From an uncultured Rhodothermaceae bacterium (lineage in GTDB: Bacteria; Bacteroidota; Rhodothermia; Rhodothermales; CAZLRO01), in NCBI GenBank assembly GCA_964561865.1, contig CAZLRO010000005.1:1-33129 (forward strand): a DNA stretch of 33,129 bases, in the 5' to 3' direction. The position numbers and the translations under genes were made by a program. The notes below the pieces were generated by a model. The model was not told the origin of the DNA and ran no database searches. It was given only the letters and a program-made list of their open reading frames with translations. Within the stretch, counting starts at the first letter, position 1, and every line of letters begins with the position of its first letter. This document shows, piece after piece, positions 1-8,285 of the stretch.

Positions 1-1
1 C

Positions 2-904
2 GTCGTCCGGATGATCAACACGCGCCGCAGCGCCATCCAGGCCTGCTACGAGCGAGAGCTGCGGACGACGCCCGACCTGCGTGGACGCCTGGTGGTCCAG
101 CTGACGATCCAGGAGACGGGCAGCGTGACGGGGGTGGAAGTGTATGTCCTCGATTCCGGTATCAAGGCCGACGACCTCACGGTTGTTGAGGCCCTGGACT
201 TCTCCGGCTCCGGTCATACAAACGACCTGATCGGGCATGGCACGCATATTTCCGGTATCATTGGTGCCCAGGACAACACGTTTGGCGTGGTTGGGGTAGC
301 CCCCGGTATCAACCTTCATAACTTCAAGGTGCTCAACGACCTGGGGCAGACCGAACTCTCGATTGTGATGGAGGCCATTGATGTCATCACTGCCCGTAAG
401 GTTGCCAATCCGTCCGTTCCCATCGTTGTGAACCTGAGCTTTGGTGCCGATATTGGCACTAAGAGCTACAACGCCCTGGACGCGGCCATTGCCTCCTCAA
501 TTGCCCAGGGGGTGGTGTATGTTGTGGCGGCTGGCAACGAAGGTATCAACGCCCAAACCGTTACACCGGCGCATGTGAGCGAAGCCATCACGATAGGTGC
601 GTATGATGACCGCACCAGCTTTGCGACGTTCTCCAACTTTGGAGCTGGCCTAGACCTGCTGGCACCCGGCGTGAACATCGTTTCGACCAGCCACGCAGTA
701 GGGACAAAACCGCCGCCAGTACTGATGAGCGGCACCTCCATGGCCGCCCCGCATGTGACGGGGGCCGTGGCCATCTATCTCTCCCAAAACCCGGCTGCTA
801 CCCCGCAGCAGGTCCGAGATGCCCTCGTAGGAACAGCAATGACCTGGACCAAGTCGTCCCCACCCCAGACCACGAAGCAGAGCGTATACGTTGCCACCTA
901 CTGA
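2..904 (+). CDS. Subtilisin-like serine peptidase (family S8), 5-prime partial; the first ~45 aa resemble an AgmX/PglI-type TonB-C-like segment
   Basis: Frame is open to the window edge. S8 motifs: VLDSGI (Asp), HGTHISG (His), AAGNEG (oxyanion Asn), GTSMAAPHVTG (Ser). Stop TGA at 902-904. Confidence 0.9.
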   Translation, partial: VVRMINTRRSAIQACYERELRTTPDLRGRLVVQLTIQETGSVTGVEVYVLDSGIKADDLTVVEALDFSGSGHTNDLIGHGTHISGIIGAQDNTFGVVGVAPGINLHNFKVLNDLGQTELSIVMEAIDVITARKVANPSVPIVVNLSFGADIGTKSYNALDAAIASSIAQGVVYVVAAGNEGINAQTVTPAHVSEAITIGAYDDRTSFATFSNFGAGLDLLAPGVNIVSTSHAVGTKPPPVLMSGTSMAAPHVTGAVAIYLSQNPAATPQQVRDALVGTAMTWTKSSPPQTTKQSVYVATY

Positions 905-1005
905 ACCGATGGGCTGTTCATCAGACATCGGCGCAATGAGAATACCCCGGTTACGTCGCAGTTGCCAGGGCAGGTCGGGACAAGGGGGCATGCCACATGC
1001 CTAAC

Positions 1006-1041
1006 AAAAACGCCCCGGTTGGTATAGACCGGGGCGTTTTT
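1006..1041. terminator. Bidirectional rho-independent terminator between the S8 gene and tRNA-Val
   Basis: AAAAA-CGCCCCGGT-(8 nt loop)-ACCGGGGCG-TTTTT: a perfect 9-bp GC-rich stem flanked by an A-run and a T-run. Confidence 0.7.
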
Positions 1042-1116
1042 GCAAATTTGTTGTACCTAGGTTGTACCATTGGTCTCAAATCATCTTTAATAACAACGGT
1101 TTGTAACTCTAAAATG

Positions 1117-1190
1117 TGGGTCATGACGGACTCGAACCATCGACCTCTACGATGTCAACGTAGCGCTCTAACCAGCTGAGCTAATGACCC
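1117..1190 (-). tRNA. tRNA-Val: tRNA-Val (anticodon GAC), CCA not encoded
   Basis: Reverse complement reads GGGTCATTAGCTCAGCTGGTTAGAGCGCTACGTTGACATCGTAGAGGTCGATGGTTCGAGTCCGTCATGACCCA. It has a 7-bp acceptor stem, a D-loop AGCTCAGCTGGTTAGAGC, an anticodon stem CTACG/CGTAG with loop TTGACAT, and a T-loop GGTTCGAGTCC. Confidence 0.95.
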
Positions 1191-1210
1191 GGTCTGCGAA
1201 AAGGGGTTGC

Positions 1211-1240
1211 AATATACCAACCGGGTTTCGGCCAAGTCAA
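1211..1240 (-). promoter_or_regulatory. Sigma70-like promoter for tRNA-Val (TTGACT-N18-TATATT)
   Basis: On the minus strand, TTGACT (1240-1235) and TATATT (1216-1211) are 18 nt apart. The -10 element ends 20 nt before the mature tRNA 5-prime end. Confidence 0.45.
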
Positions 1241-1385
1241 GGAAATGGCTGGCCCCTGCGCCGCACACCGAACAGGGTGGGGCAATTCATGGAAAGTTGT
1301 TTCCGGAAAAGTAGCGAGCCGGGCTTAAAGACGCTCTGGAACAGGCCGATACCGGGAGGTACAGCGACCCCACGACAGGAAGGCC

Positions 1386-1835
1386 ATGACGAAGTACGAG
1401 TTTACCGTATCGGGCACGCCGCGGAGCCAGCAGGCGCAGAGCGAGGAGAACGGCTACGGACAGGGAGACGGGGCCACCTTGGCGGAAGGAGACGGGATGC
1501 CGTACCTGCGGAAGGAAAAGATCACCCCGACGGTGGCAACCCGCCGGTTTCCCCCGGCCCTCCAGCTGCTGACGCGCACCACCCCGATGGTTGAACAGCA
1601 ACTCTGGGCCGTAAGCCACCAGTCGTTCCGGGAAGGCAAGACGCTGAAGCAGATCTGCGTGGATGTGTACAACTACGCCCAGGCCCTCGGCTACGAAGCC
1701 ACCATCGGGGTGCAGGAGGTCTATAGTGCCAGCATGCCTTCCTACCCCGGCCAGACCATCATCTCGGCGCTGATGCTGCTGGACCTGCGCCCCCTGCGCA
1801 TGACCGGCGACTCGTGGATGGGGTTTGCGAGTTAA
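1386..1835 (+). CDS. Hypothetical protein (149 aa), no recognised domain
   Basis: ATG-initiated ORF with GC-rich third codon positions in an otherwise gene-free interval. No motif recognised. Confidence 0.5.
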   Translation: MTKYEFTVSGTPRSQQAQSEENGYGQGDGATLAEGDGMPYLRKEKITPTVATRRFPPALQLLTRTTPMVEQQLWAVSHQSFREGKTLKQICVDVYNYAQALGYEATIGVQEVYSASMPSYPGQTIISALMLLDLRPLRMTGDSWMGFAS

Positions 1836-1856
1836 GCGGTTGGGGGCTTGGAAAGA

Positions 1857-2169
1857 TAGCTGTTAGCCGTTAACTGTTGGCGATTTGGTACGTGGGGCTT
1901 GGTCCTTGGGGACATAGCGGCAACATCCCCACCGGTGTCATCACGAGGAAGCCGCTAGGCTGACGATGTGATCTCGCTCTTGCCACCAGGCAGCAGCGTC
2001 GAAGTAATCTACCGTCGAGACGGCCCCGTTCCCCCCGGCATGAATTATAGTCAAGTTGACTATGTTTCCATGTCCAGTGTCGAGATTGCCATGTCTGACC
2101 GATCTCATGAGATCGGTCAAGCTCCTCGCAATGACACAGCGAGGGAGGGGAGTGCCCAATCCGCAATCC
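1857..2169 (-). repeat. Mosaic hairpin-rich intergenic repeat element, copy C (shuffled module order)
   Basis: Shares these modules with 27208-27587 and 17314-17797: TAGCTGTTAGCCGTTA, GTGTCATCACGAGGAAGCC, CTTGCCACCNGGCAGCAGCGTCG, GACCGATCTCATGAGATCGGTC, CCAATCCGCAATCC. Confidence 0.8.
2047..2063. repeat. AT-rich palindrome ATAGTCAA-G-TTGACTAT (family member embedded in repeat copy C)
   Basis: Perfect 8-bp arms. Same core as the sites at 8044, 11107 and 23545. Confidence 0.7.
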
Positions 2170-2170
2170 T

Positions 2171-2827
2171 TCAAAGCCCTACCTGCACCTGTAGCATCGG
2201 GACGCGGGCGCCTTCGGGGGGCGGGGCCAGCGAGAGGCCGGGGGCCGATCCGCTCCGGTTGGCGGCCCGGATAGCGCTGATGCCCGCGATGAGCCGGTTG
2301 GCGAAGAGCAGGGCGGTGAAGGTGAGCCGACGCTGGCGCAGGGACTCGGCCCCGTTGCGCAACTCACGGAACCGCTGGAAATCCGCTTCGCTCTGCCATT
2401 CCCACTGAAACGCGACGTCACTGACGTAGTCGATCTGGTCCCAGGCACGGTTGCGCAGGCTCAATTCAAGGTATTCGTCGGACGAGCGGTAGGTTGCCAG
2501 GTTCAGGAAGAAGGTGCGGTTCTTGCCTTCGACCTGCGCGGCGGCACGCCCGGCGGCCAGCGTCTCGTAGCTCTCTACCTGCTGGTCGTACCGCCATTGG
2601 GCTTGCGCGAGGCCCAGCCAGAGGCCGGTTTCTGCGAAGGCATAGGCCGTCGCCCGCCCTTTCCAGTGCCCGTGCTGCACGTACCGATGGCCCAGACCAG
2701 GCATCAGCAGGCTCAGGGCAAAGGCCTTCTTGGCCGAACGGGGTGGCGGCGCCGTCTGTGCCAGGGCAGGCAGGACGAGCAGCAGCGACAGGGCCACGCC
2801 CAAAAAACAGCGCCGGTAGGGTTTCAT
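2171..2827 (-). CDS. Secreted/membrane hypothetical protein, possibly DUF5683-like
   Basis: The start MKPYRRCFLGVALSLLLVLPALAQ is a signal peptide. The ALSLLMPGLGHRY motif resembles the PGLGQ motif of DUF5683. The track ORF extends to 2869, but the signal peptide favours 2827. Confidence 0.6.
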   Translation of the reverse strand: MKPYRRCFLGVALSLLLVLPALAQTAPPPRSAKKAFALSLLMPGLGHRYVQHGHWKGRATAYAFAETGLWLGLAQAQWRYDQQVESYETLAAGRAAAQVEGKNRTFFLNLATYRSSDEYLELSLRNRAWDQIDYVSDVAFQWEWQSEADFQRFRELRNGAESLRQRRLTFTALLFANRLIAGISAIRAANRSGSAPGLSLAPPPEGARVPMLQVQVGL

Positions 2828-2885
2828 GCGGGGGTGCAGGATTGTAACATGGGGGTCAGATGCCAGCAACCGGTGTGCGGTTCCC

Positions 2886-3545
2886 GTGGATATACAACTT
2901 CACCAGGCCCATGCGTGGGACGTCCCGCCCGAAGCAGCGCGGCAGATCCAGCAGCGGCTGGCCGGGCTGGTGCGCGAGGAGCCGCTGGCACAGCCCGTCC
3001 ACACCGTCGCGGGCATCGACATGGGCGTGCGCGGCGACCGGGTGCAGGCGGCGGCTGTCGTGGTGCAACTGCCCGACCTGGCCGTGGTCGATGCCGCCGT
3101 GTGGCAGGGGCCGGTGACCTTTCCCTACGTGCCGGGGCTGCTCAGCTTCCGCGAGGTGCCGCCAGCCCTGCACGCGCTGGCCCGACTCTCCATCATGCCC
3201 GACGTGCTGATGACCGACGGCCAGGGGCGTGCCCATCCCCGCCGCTGCGGGCTGGCCTGCCACCTCGGCGTGCTGCTCGACCGTCCTACCCTCGGCGTGG
3301 CCAAATCCCTGCTGGTGGGGACGTTCGCACCGCCCGGCCCGGACCGCGGTAGCCATGCCCCACTCCTCCACCGCCACGAGGTCGTCGGCGCGGTGCTGCG
3401 GACGCGGGCCAACGTGCAGCCGGTGTACGTCAGTGTCGGCCATCGGATCACCCTCGACGAAGCCGTCTCCCTCACCCTGGCCTGCACCGGACGCTACCGG
3501 CTGCCGGAGCCGACCCGCCAGGCGCATCTGCGGAGTCAGTTCTGA
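2886..3545 (+). CDS. nfi: Endonuclease V (deoxyinosine 3-prime endonuclease)
   Basis: Motifs YVPGLLSFRE, DGQGRAHPRRCGLACHLGV, GVAKS and YRLPEPTR. A GTG start at 2886 gives VDIQLHQAHAWDVPPEAA, which aligns with the canonical EndoV N-terminus. The upstream ATG at 2826 would overlap the divergent gene. Confidence 0.9.
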   Translation: MDIQLHQAHAWDVPPEAARQIQQRLAGLVREEPLAQPVHTVAGIDMGVRGDRVQAAAVVVQLPDLAVVDAAVWQGPVTFPYVPGLLSFREVPPALHALARLSIMPDVLMTDGQGRAHPRRCGLACHLGVLLDRPTLGVAKSLLVGTFAPPGPDRGSHAPLLHRHEVVGAVLRTRANVQPVYVSVGHRITLDEAVSLTLACTGRYRLPEPTRQAHLRSQF

Positions 3546-3553
3546 AGACCTGT

Positions 3554-3983
3554 TCACAGGCTGCCCGTTGTCGTCAGATAGAGGCGCAGGGCTTCCGGCG
3601 TATAAATCTGCAGGGTAGCCTGTCGGAAATCGTGTGGGTTGCGCGTCACGATGCCTTCGGCCCCAACCAGCCGAGCGGCTTCTTGTAGGACGGCATCCTC
3701 GAAGTCGTTCAGCGGTGCGCCTAGCGCCTGCTGGAGCACGGCCTCGTTCACAGGTGCTACCTTGAAGAGGGTCAACAACGCGCGGATCGTGGAGCGGACT
3801 TCCCGATCGGGGCGTGGAGCACGACGGGCTACATAGTAAAGGGTCGTTATTGTTGTAGCACCCAAAAAACCCTTCCAGCCGCCCCAAATCTATTTCGTTG
3901 ACCAACCATGCTGCCGTCACATTGAAGGGTTGGCGATCCAGCAAAAAATCGAGGATAACATTGGTATCAAACAGAATCCGCAT
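3554..3983 (-). pseudogene. vapC: PIN-domain toxin VapC, interrupted by a +1 frameshift in an A6/T6 run (3864-3869)
   Basis: The N-terminal MRILFDTNVILDFLLDR...LGRLEGF is in one frame. The remainder, LGATTITTLYYVARR...VTRNPHDF, is in the next frame. Removing one T restores a PIN protein of about 143 aa. Confidence 0.8.
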
Positions 3984-3989
3984 GATCTC

Positions 3990-4223
3990 TCAGCGATGCT
4001 TGGCTTCCAGGTAGGAATGGTAGTCGGCTTCATCGACCGGGCTACCAGCCCATACTCCTTTGAGCCTGCGTACCAGAGGGGTTAATTCTTGCGTAGGTTG
4101 GGCTACAAGAGTAGCCAGGTAGTACGAGACGATCTGGGAGACCGACAAGCCATGCGCTTTGGCGAAGCGCTCTGCTTCCTCCAGCAAGGTTTTATCAAGG
4201 TGGAGGGTCACTTCTGTTTCCAT
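3990..4223 (-). CDS. Antitoxin partner of the PIN toxin (VapB-like, 77 aa)
   Basis: Small ORF 6 nt upstream of vapC on the same strand. TLHLDKTLLEEAERFAKAHGLSVSQIV is typical of small DNA-binding antitoxins. Confidence 0.7.
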   Translation of the reverse strand: METEVTLHLDKTLLEEAERFAKAHGLSVSQIVSYYLATLVAQPTQELTPLVRRLKGVWAGSPVDEADYHSYLEAKHR

Positions 4224-4288
4224 GACGGACCTCTGGTTGCACGGTCGGTTTGCCTCTCACGCATCATGGGCGATTTGGATTCCATCCC

Positions 4289-6742
4289 TCAGAACGCCAC
4301 CCGCAGCCGCACGTTGACGGTGCGCGGCGTCAGCCGGGTGGGGATGCGGTTCCAGACCCCCTCTGCGTCGGGAATCCACGAATAGGCAATGGTGTTGACC
4401 ATGTTGAAGACATTCAGGATCTCGCCCGTCAGTTCCAGCCGGACGGGGCTGTGCAGGCCGTTTTCGAACACCGTCAGCTGTTTCGTCGCGCCGAGGTCAA
4501 ACCGGAAGTAGCGCGGGTAGCGGGCCGCCGACCGGTCGCCGGGTACCTGTGCCACGAGGGTACCGATGCGCGGGCCGGGGACGGGTGGGGTGTAGGGCAG
4601 CCCGCTGCCGAAGAGCGTGCGCAGGTGCAGCTTCCACGACGGGTCGCTGGTGATGTAGTCCTGGACGAAGAGGGAGAACGTGTGGCGCTGGTCGGTGGGG
4701 CGGGCGATCCAGCCTTGCCGGTGTGCGTCGCGGAAGGCGGGCAGGAACTGCTCGCGGGCTACGAGGAAGCTGTAGTTGGCCCAGCTTTCGAGGCCGGGCA
4801 CGAACTCGCCCCGCACCTGCACGTCCAGCCCGTAGGCACGGCCCCGGGCGTCGTTCTCGCCGGAATACAGCACCCGTACGTTCTCGATGTCGTAGGAGAT
4901 GAGACGGCTCAGGTGCTTGTAGTAGGCTTCGCCGCGCAGATAGAGCCGCTCCTGGGGGAGGAAGTATTCGGCCCCACCGATAAACTGCATGGCCCGCTGG
5001 GAGCGCAGGTCGCGGTTGAGGGCATCGAGGAGGGGCTGGCCGGGGGCGGGTCGTCCCCGCAGTTCGCGGTAGGTCGGCACCTGGTAATACACCCCCCACG
5101 CACTGGTGAGGGTGAGCCGGTCGTTGGCCCGGTACCGGGCAGAGAGGCGGGGCGAGAGCGTCCATTCCCCGTTGAACGAGAAGTGGTCGGCCCGCAGTCC
5201 AGTGGTGAGCACCAGGCGGTTCGGCTGGCGCGGGAGCACATCGAGCACCTCCTGCACGTAGAGCGCGGACTGCCAGGCATCGAGGCGCGCCTGGTCGCGC
5301 AGGCTGTCGATGACGATGCGGAGGGCGTCGCCATCCGTCGAGCGTCCGCTGACGGTGGATTGCTCGTCGAGCCGGTCGGAGAACGCGAGGCGGCGCACCG
5401 ACCAGCCAGCTTCGGCGGCATGGCGGCGGGCCGTGAGCATCCAGCGGCCCTGCGCCGTCCCGGTGGTGACGCCGATCTCGTTGTCGGCCCGGTCTTCCAG
5501 GCGGGCAGTGCCCGTAGGAATCTCCTGCTCGTCGTCCCCCTCCTCGTCCAGCAGGATACGGTAGAGCACCACCCCGCCGCTGAGGGCGAGCAGCTCGCGC
5601 TCGACGGTATCGAACCAGGCGAGGTCATGCTCGGTGCGCAGGCGGTGGGACCACCGGCTGGCAAGGCGCAGGCCCGCGAAGCCGGTCGTGTAGCCATCCC
5701 GCTCGCGGTTGCCCGCGTCGTAGCTGATCTGGATGGCCCGCAGGTCATTCTGCGTGCCGAAGAACGTGGTGCGAGCGTTGGGATCGAGGTCGAACGTATG
5801 GTCGGCCCACAGGGCCAGCGCTTCGAGGTCATGCCGGGGGCTGAGGCGGTAGTCCACCAGCGCCTGCACATCGGTATAGTCGGGGGCGTAGTTGCCCTTG
5901 AGTTGCTGGGTCTCGAAGAAGCGCCGGGCCTGGGCCTTGCGCAGCCCCACGAGCACCCCCAGCCGCCCGTCGAGGGCGGAGGTGCTGCCCGCCAGCCCTG
6001 CGTCGAGCAGGGACGCATAGGCCACCCCGTTCAGCAGCGCGCCCGTGCGGTCCGGGCGGCGGTACTGCACGTCGAGGGCAGAGGAGAGCTTGCCGCCGTA
6101 GCGGGCCGGGAAGCCGCCCGTGTAGAACGTCATCCGGTCGGCCAGGTCGGCGTTGATGGGGCTAAGGCCCTCTTGCTCGCCCTGGCGGGGACGGAAGGGC
6201 AGGAACACCTCGAAGCCATTGATGAAGATCAGGTTCTCGTTGAACCCCCCTCCACGCACCGAATACTGGTTCGAGAGTTCGTTGTTCGTCGCCACCCCCG
6301 GCATCACCTTCAACGCCCGCAACCCGTCCCGGAACGGGTCCGGCATCCGCTGTGTCGCCTCCGGGTCGAGCGTATATACCCCGGCCTCCCGCAAGGCCGC
6401 CTCCTCGACGGACACCCCCTCCAGCTCTGTCCGGTCCGGGAGGAGCATCACCCCCAGGCGCGTCGCCGTGTTGTAGACCACCACTACCGAGTCGAGGCGG
6501 GGCTGGTATCCCACCGCCGAGAACCGCAACTGGTACCGGCCTTCGGGCAGGCGCAGCGTGTAGCGCCCCGCAGCATCGGTGGCCGTGCCGAAATCCGTCC
6601 CGGCTACGAGCACCGTCACCCCCGACAAGGGCTGCTGCGACGGGCTTTCCGTGACGTGGCCTTCCACTCGTCCCCACCGCTGGGCCTGGGCCGTCCACGG
6701 CCCCAGCAACAGGCACCCTCCAACAAGCCAGAGCAGACGCAT
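4289..6742 (-). CDS. TonB-dependent outer-membrane receptor with an N-terminal carboxypeptidase-regulatory-like domain
   Basis: Signal peptide MRLLWLVGGCLLLGPWTAQA. CarboxypepD_reg-like GHVTE..PLSGVTVLV..TDAAGRYTL. Plug region ALKVMPGV...YSVRGGGFNENL. C-terminal beta-barrel ending in F. Confidence 0.9.
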   Translation of the reverse strand: MRLLWLVGGCLLLGPWTAQAQRWGRVEGHVTESPSQQPLSGVTVLVAGTDFGTATDAAGRYTLRLPEGRYQLRFSAVGYQPRLDSVVVVYNTATRLGVMLLPDRTELEGVSVEEAALREAGVYTLDPEATQRMPDPFRDGLRALKVMPGVATNNELSNQYSVRGGGFNENLIFINGFEVFLPFRPRQGEQEGLSPINADLADRMTFYTGGFPARYGGKLSSALDVQYRRPDRTGALLNGVAYASLLDAGLAGSTSALDGRLGVLVGLRKAQARRFFETQQLKGNYAPDYTDVQALVDYRLSPRHDLEALALWADHTFDLDPNARTTFFGTQNDLRAIQISYDAGNRERDGYTTGFAGLRLASRWSHRLRTEHDLAWFDTVERELLALSGGVVLYRILLDEEGDDEQEIPTGTARLEDRADNEIGVTTGTAQGRWMLTARRHAAEAGWSVRRLAFSDRLDEQSTVSGRSTDGDALRIVIDSLRDQARLDAWQSALYVQEVLDVLPRQPNRLVLTTGLRADHFSFNGEWTLSPRLSARYRANDRLTLTSAWGVYYQVPTYRELRGRPAPGQPLLDALNRDLRSQRAMQFIGGAEYFLPQERLYLRGEAYYKHLSRLISYDIENVRVLYSGENDARGRAYGLDVQVRGEFVPGLESWANYSFLVAREQFLPAFRDAHRQGWIARPTDQRHTFSLFVQDYITSDPSWKLHLRTLFGSGLPYTPPVPGPRIGTLVAQVPGDRSAARYPRYFRFDLGATKQLTVFENGLHSPVRLELTGEILNVFNMVNTIAYSWIPDAEGVWNRIPTRLTPRTVNVRLRVAF

Positions 6743-6942
6743 GAAAACCGACGGTTCAACAAGGAGACAGACCATGAATGGTATCGGTCGGTCGATAAGC
6801 GGTCTTTCGAAGGACGTCGGCAGGGTTTTAGACAAGATGCGGGGCAAACGACCGCCTTCGACAAACGTTCCCGCAGGCTTGCATTGTACCCTTCCCACCG
6901 CCGTCGTAGATTTCCGGCAGAGGATGCCTGCCAATTCGCATA

Positions 6943-8031
6943 ATGATTGCTTCAAACAACGGTACTGCCCCGCGCCTCCCGGTCTTCGACGGCCATAACG
7001 ATGTGCTCATGCACCTGCACTGGCCGGAGATCGAAGGGCCGCGCGACTTCTTCGCCCGCAACGCCAAAGGCCATATCGACCTGCCCCGGATGCGCGAAGG
7101 CGGCATGGGCGGAGGGTTCTTCGCCATCTACATCCCCCCGCCGCCGGACAAGCGGATGCCCCCGGGATCGACGCGCTTCACCGACACCGGCTACGAGGTC
7201 CCGCCCATCCCGGCCATCGACCCGGACTATGCGCAGCAGCAGACCCTGGCGGTGATGGCGCGGCTCTTCCACCTCGAGGCGCAGGCCGCCGGGGTGCTCA
7301 AGGTGGTGCGCACCGCGCAAGACCTCGACGCCGCCTTCGCCGGGGATGCCATTGCGGCGGTGCTGCACCTGGAAGGGGCCGAGGGCATCGACCCCGGGTT
7401 GAACGCGCTGGAGGTGTTCTACCAGGCCGGGCTGCGTTCCATCGGCCTCGTCTGGAGCCGCCCCAACGCCTTCGGACATGGGGTGCCGTTCCGCTTCCCG
7501 CATTCGCCGGACACCGGCCCCGGCCTCACCGACGCGGGAAAGGAACTCGTCCGCGCCTGTAACCGCCTGGGGGTGATGCTGGACCTGGCCCACCTCAACG
7601 CCCAGGGCTTCCGCGACGTGGCGGCCCGCTCCAACGCCCCGCTCGTGGTAACCCATGCCTGCGTCCATGCCATCAGCCCGTCCACGCGCAACCTCACCGA
7701 CTGGCAGATCGATGCGGTGGGGGCCAGCGGCGGCGTCATCGGGGTGAACTTCGCCGTCTACGACCTGCGGCCCGATGGCAAAAAGGTGGAAGACACACCG
7801 CTGGAGATGCTCGTCCGGCATGTGACCTACATCGCCGACCGCATCGGCATCGACCATGTGGCCTTCGGCTCGGACTTCGACGGCACCACCATCCCCAGCG
7901 CCATCGGCGACGCGGCGGGCCTGCCCCACCTCGTCGCCGCCCTGCACGAGGCGGGCTACGACGAACCAGCCCTCCGGAAAATCACCCACGAAAACTGGCT
8001 CCGCGTGCTGAAACAGACATGGGCGGGGTGA
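6943..8031 (+). CDS. Membrane dipeptidase, peptidase family M19
   Basis: Motifs FDGHNDVLMHL, HIDLPRMREGGMGGGFFAIY, LDLAHLN and FGSDFDG. Confidence 0.9.
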   Translation: MIASNNGTAPRLPVFDGHNDVLMHLHWPEIEGPRDFFARNAKGHIDLPRMREGGMGGGFFAIYIPPPPDKRMPPGSTRFTDTGYEVPPIPAIDPDYAQQQTLAVMARLFHLEAQAAGVLKVVRTAQDLDAAFAGDAIAAVLHLEGAEGIDPGLNALEVFYQAGLRSIGLVWSRPNAFGHGVPFRFPHSPDTGPGLTDAGKELVRACNRLGVMLDLAHLNAQGFRDVAARSNAPLVVTHACVHAISPSTRNLTDWQIDAVGASGGVIGVNFAVYDLRPDGKKVEDTPLEMLVRHVTYIADRIGIDHVAFGSDFDGTTIPSAIGDAAGLPHLVAALHEAGYDEPALRKITHENWLRVLKQTWAG

Positions 8032-8043
8032 GAATGGATAAAT

Positions 8044-8083
8044 TATAGTCAAAATGACTATAATTATAGTCATTTTGACTATA
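8044..8083. repeat. 40-bp perfect AT-rich palindrome made of two TATAGTCA-N3-TGACTATA units
   Basis: TATAGTCAAAATGACTATAATTATAGTCATTTTGACTATA is its own reverse complement. It lies 13 nt after the dipeptidase stop codon. Confidence 0.9.
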
Positions 8084-8285
8084 AATTGTCGTGGGTTGTA
8101 ATGGCCTGGGCAATGGGCGGCATCAAGCTCTGCTCTCATCGAACCGATTGAGCCGTATCGATCTGCACGATCATTTCGCCTGTATCTGATTCCCCGGCAG
8201 GGCTATATTTCCAGGTCGATTTGCATCTTTCCTGTTCCGAGCTTCAATTTGCGTCTTTGTGCCCTCTTATCCCCCACCACCAGCT

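Noticed and set aside
6743-6942. Possible cobalamin or other riboswitch in the 200-nt leader of the TonB-dependent receptor. The minus strand contains GGTGGGAAGGG...CTGCGGGAAC.
   Set aside because: It has only a GGGAA-like fragment. There is no B12 box (GCCACTG-type) and none of the expected paired elements. A chance resemblance is more likely.
4250-6943. Very long ORFs antisense to recognised genes: 4250-6943(+), 6952-8139(-), 12769-14043(+), 14736-16022(+), 16354-17493(-), 27557-29767(+), 2856-3983(-) beyond the PIN part, and 32264-33043(-).
   Set aside because: These are typical stop-poor shadow frames of a 65%-GC genome. Their translations are Arg/Pro/Gly/Ala-rich with no motifs, while the opposite strand encodes proteins with clear family signatures.
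8101-8151. 16-aa ORF (MAWAMGGIKLCSHRTD) upstream of ATP-grasp 1, as a possible graspetide/RiPP precursor.
   Set aside because: It lacks the Thr/Ser plus Asp/Glu-rich core and the leader features of ATP-grasp-modified peptides, and it has no Shine-Dalgarno. The ligases have a pre-ATP-grasp N-domain more like amino-acid ligases.
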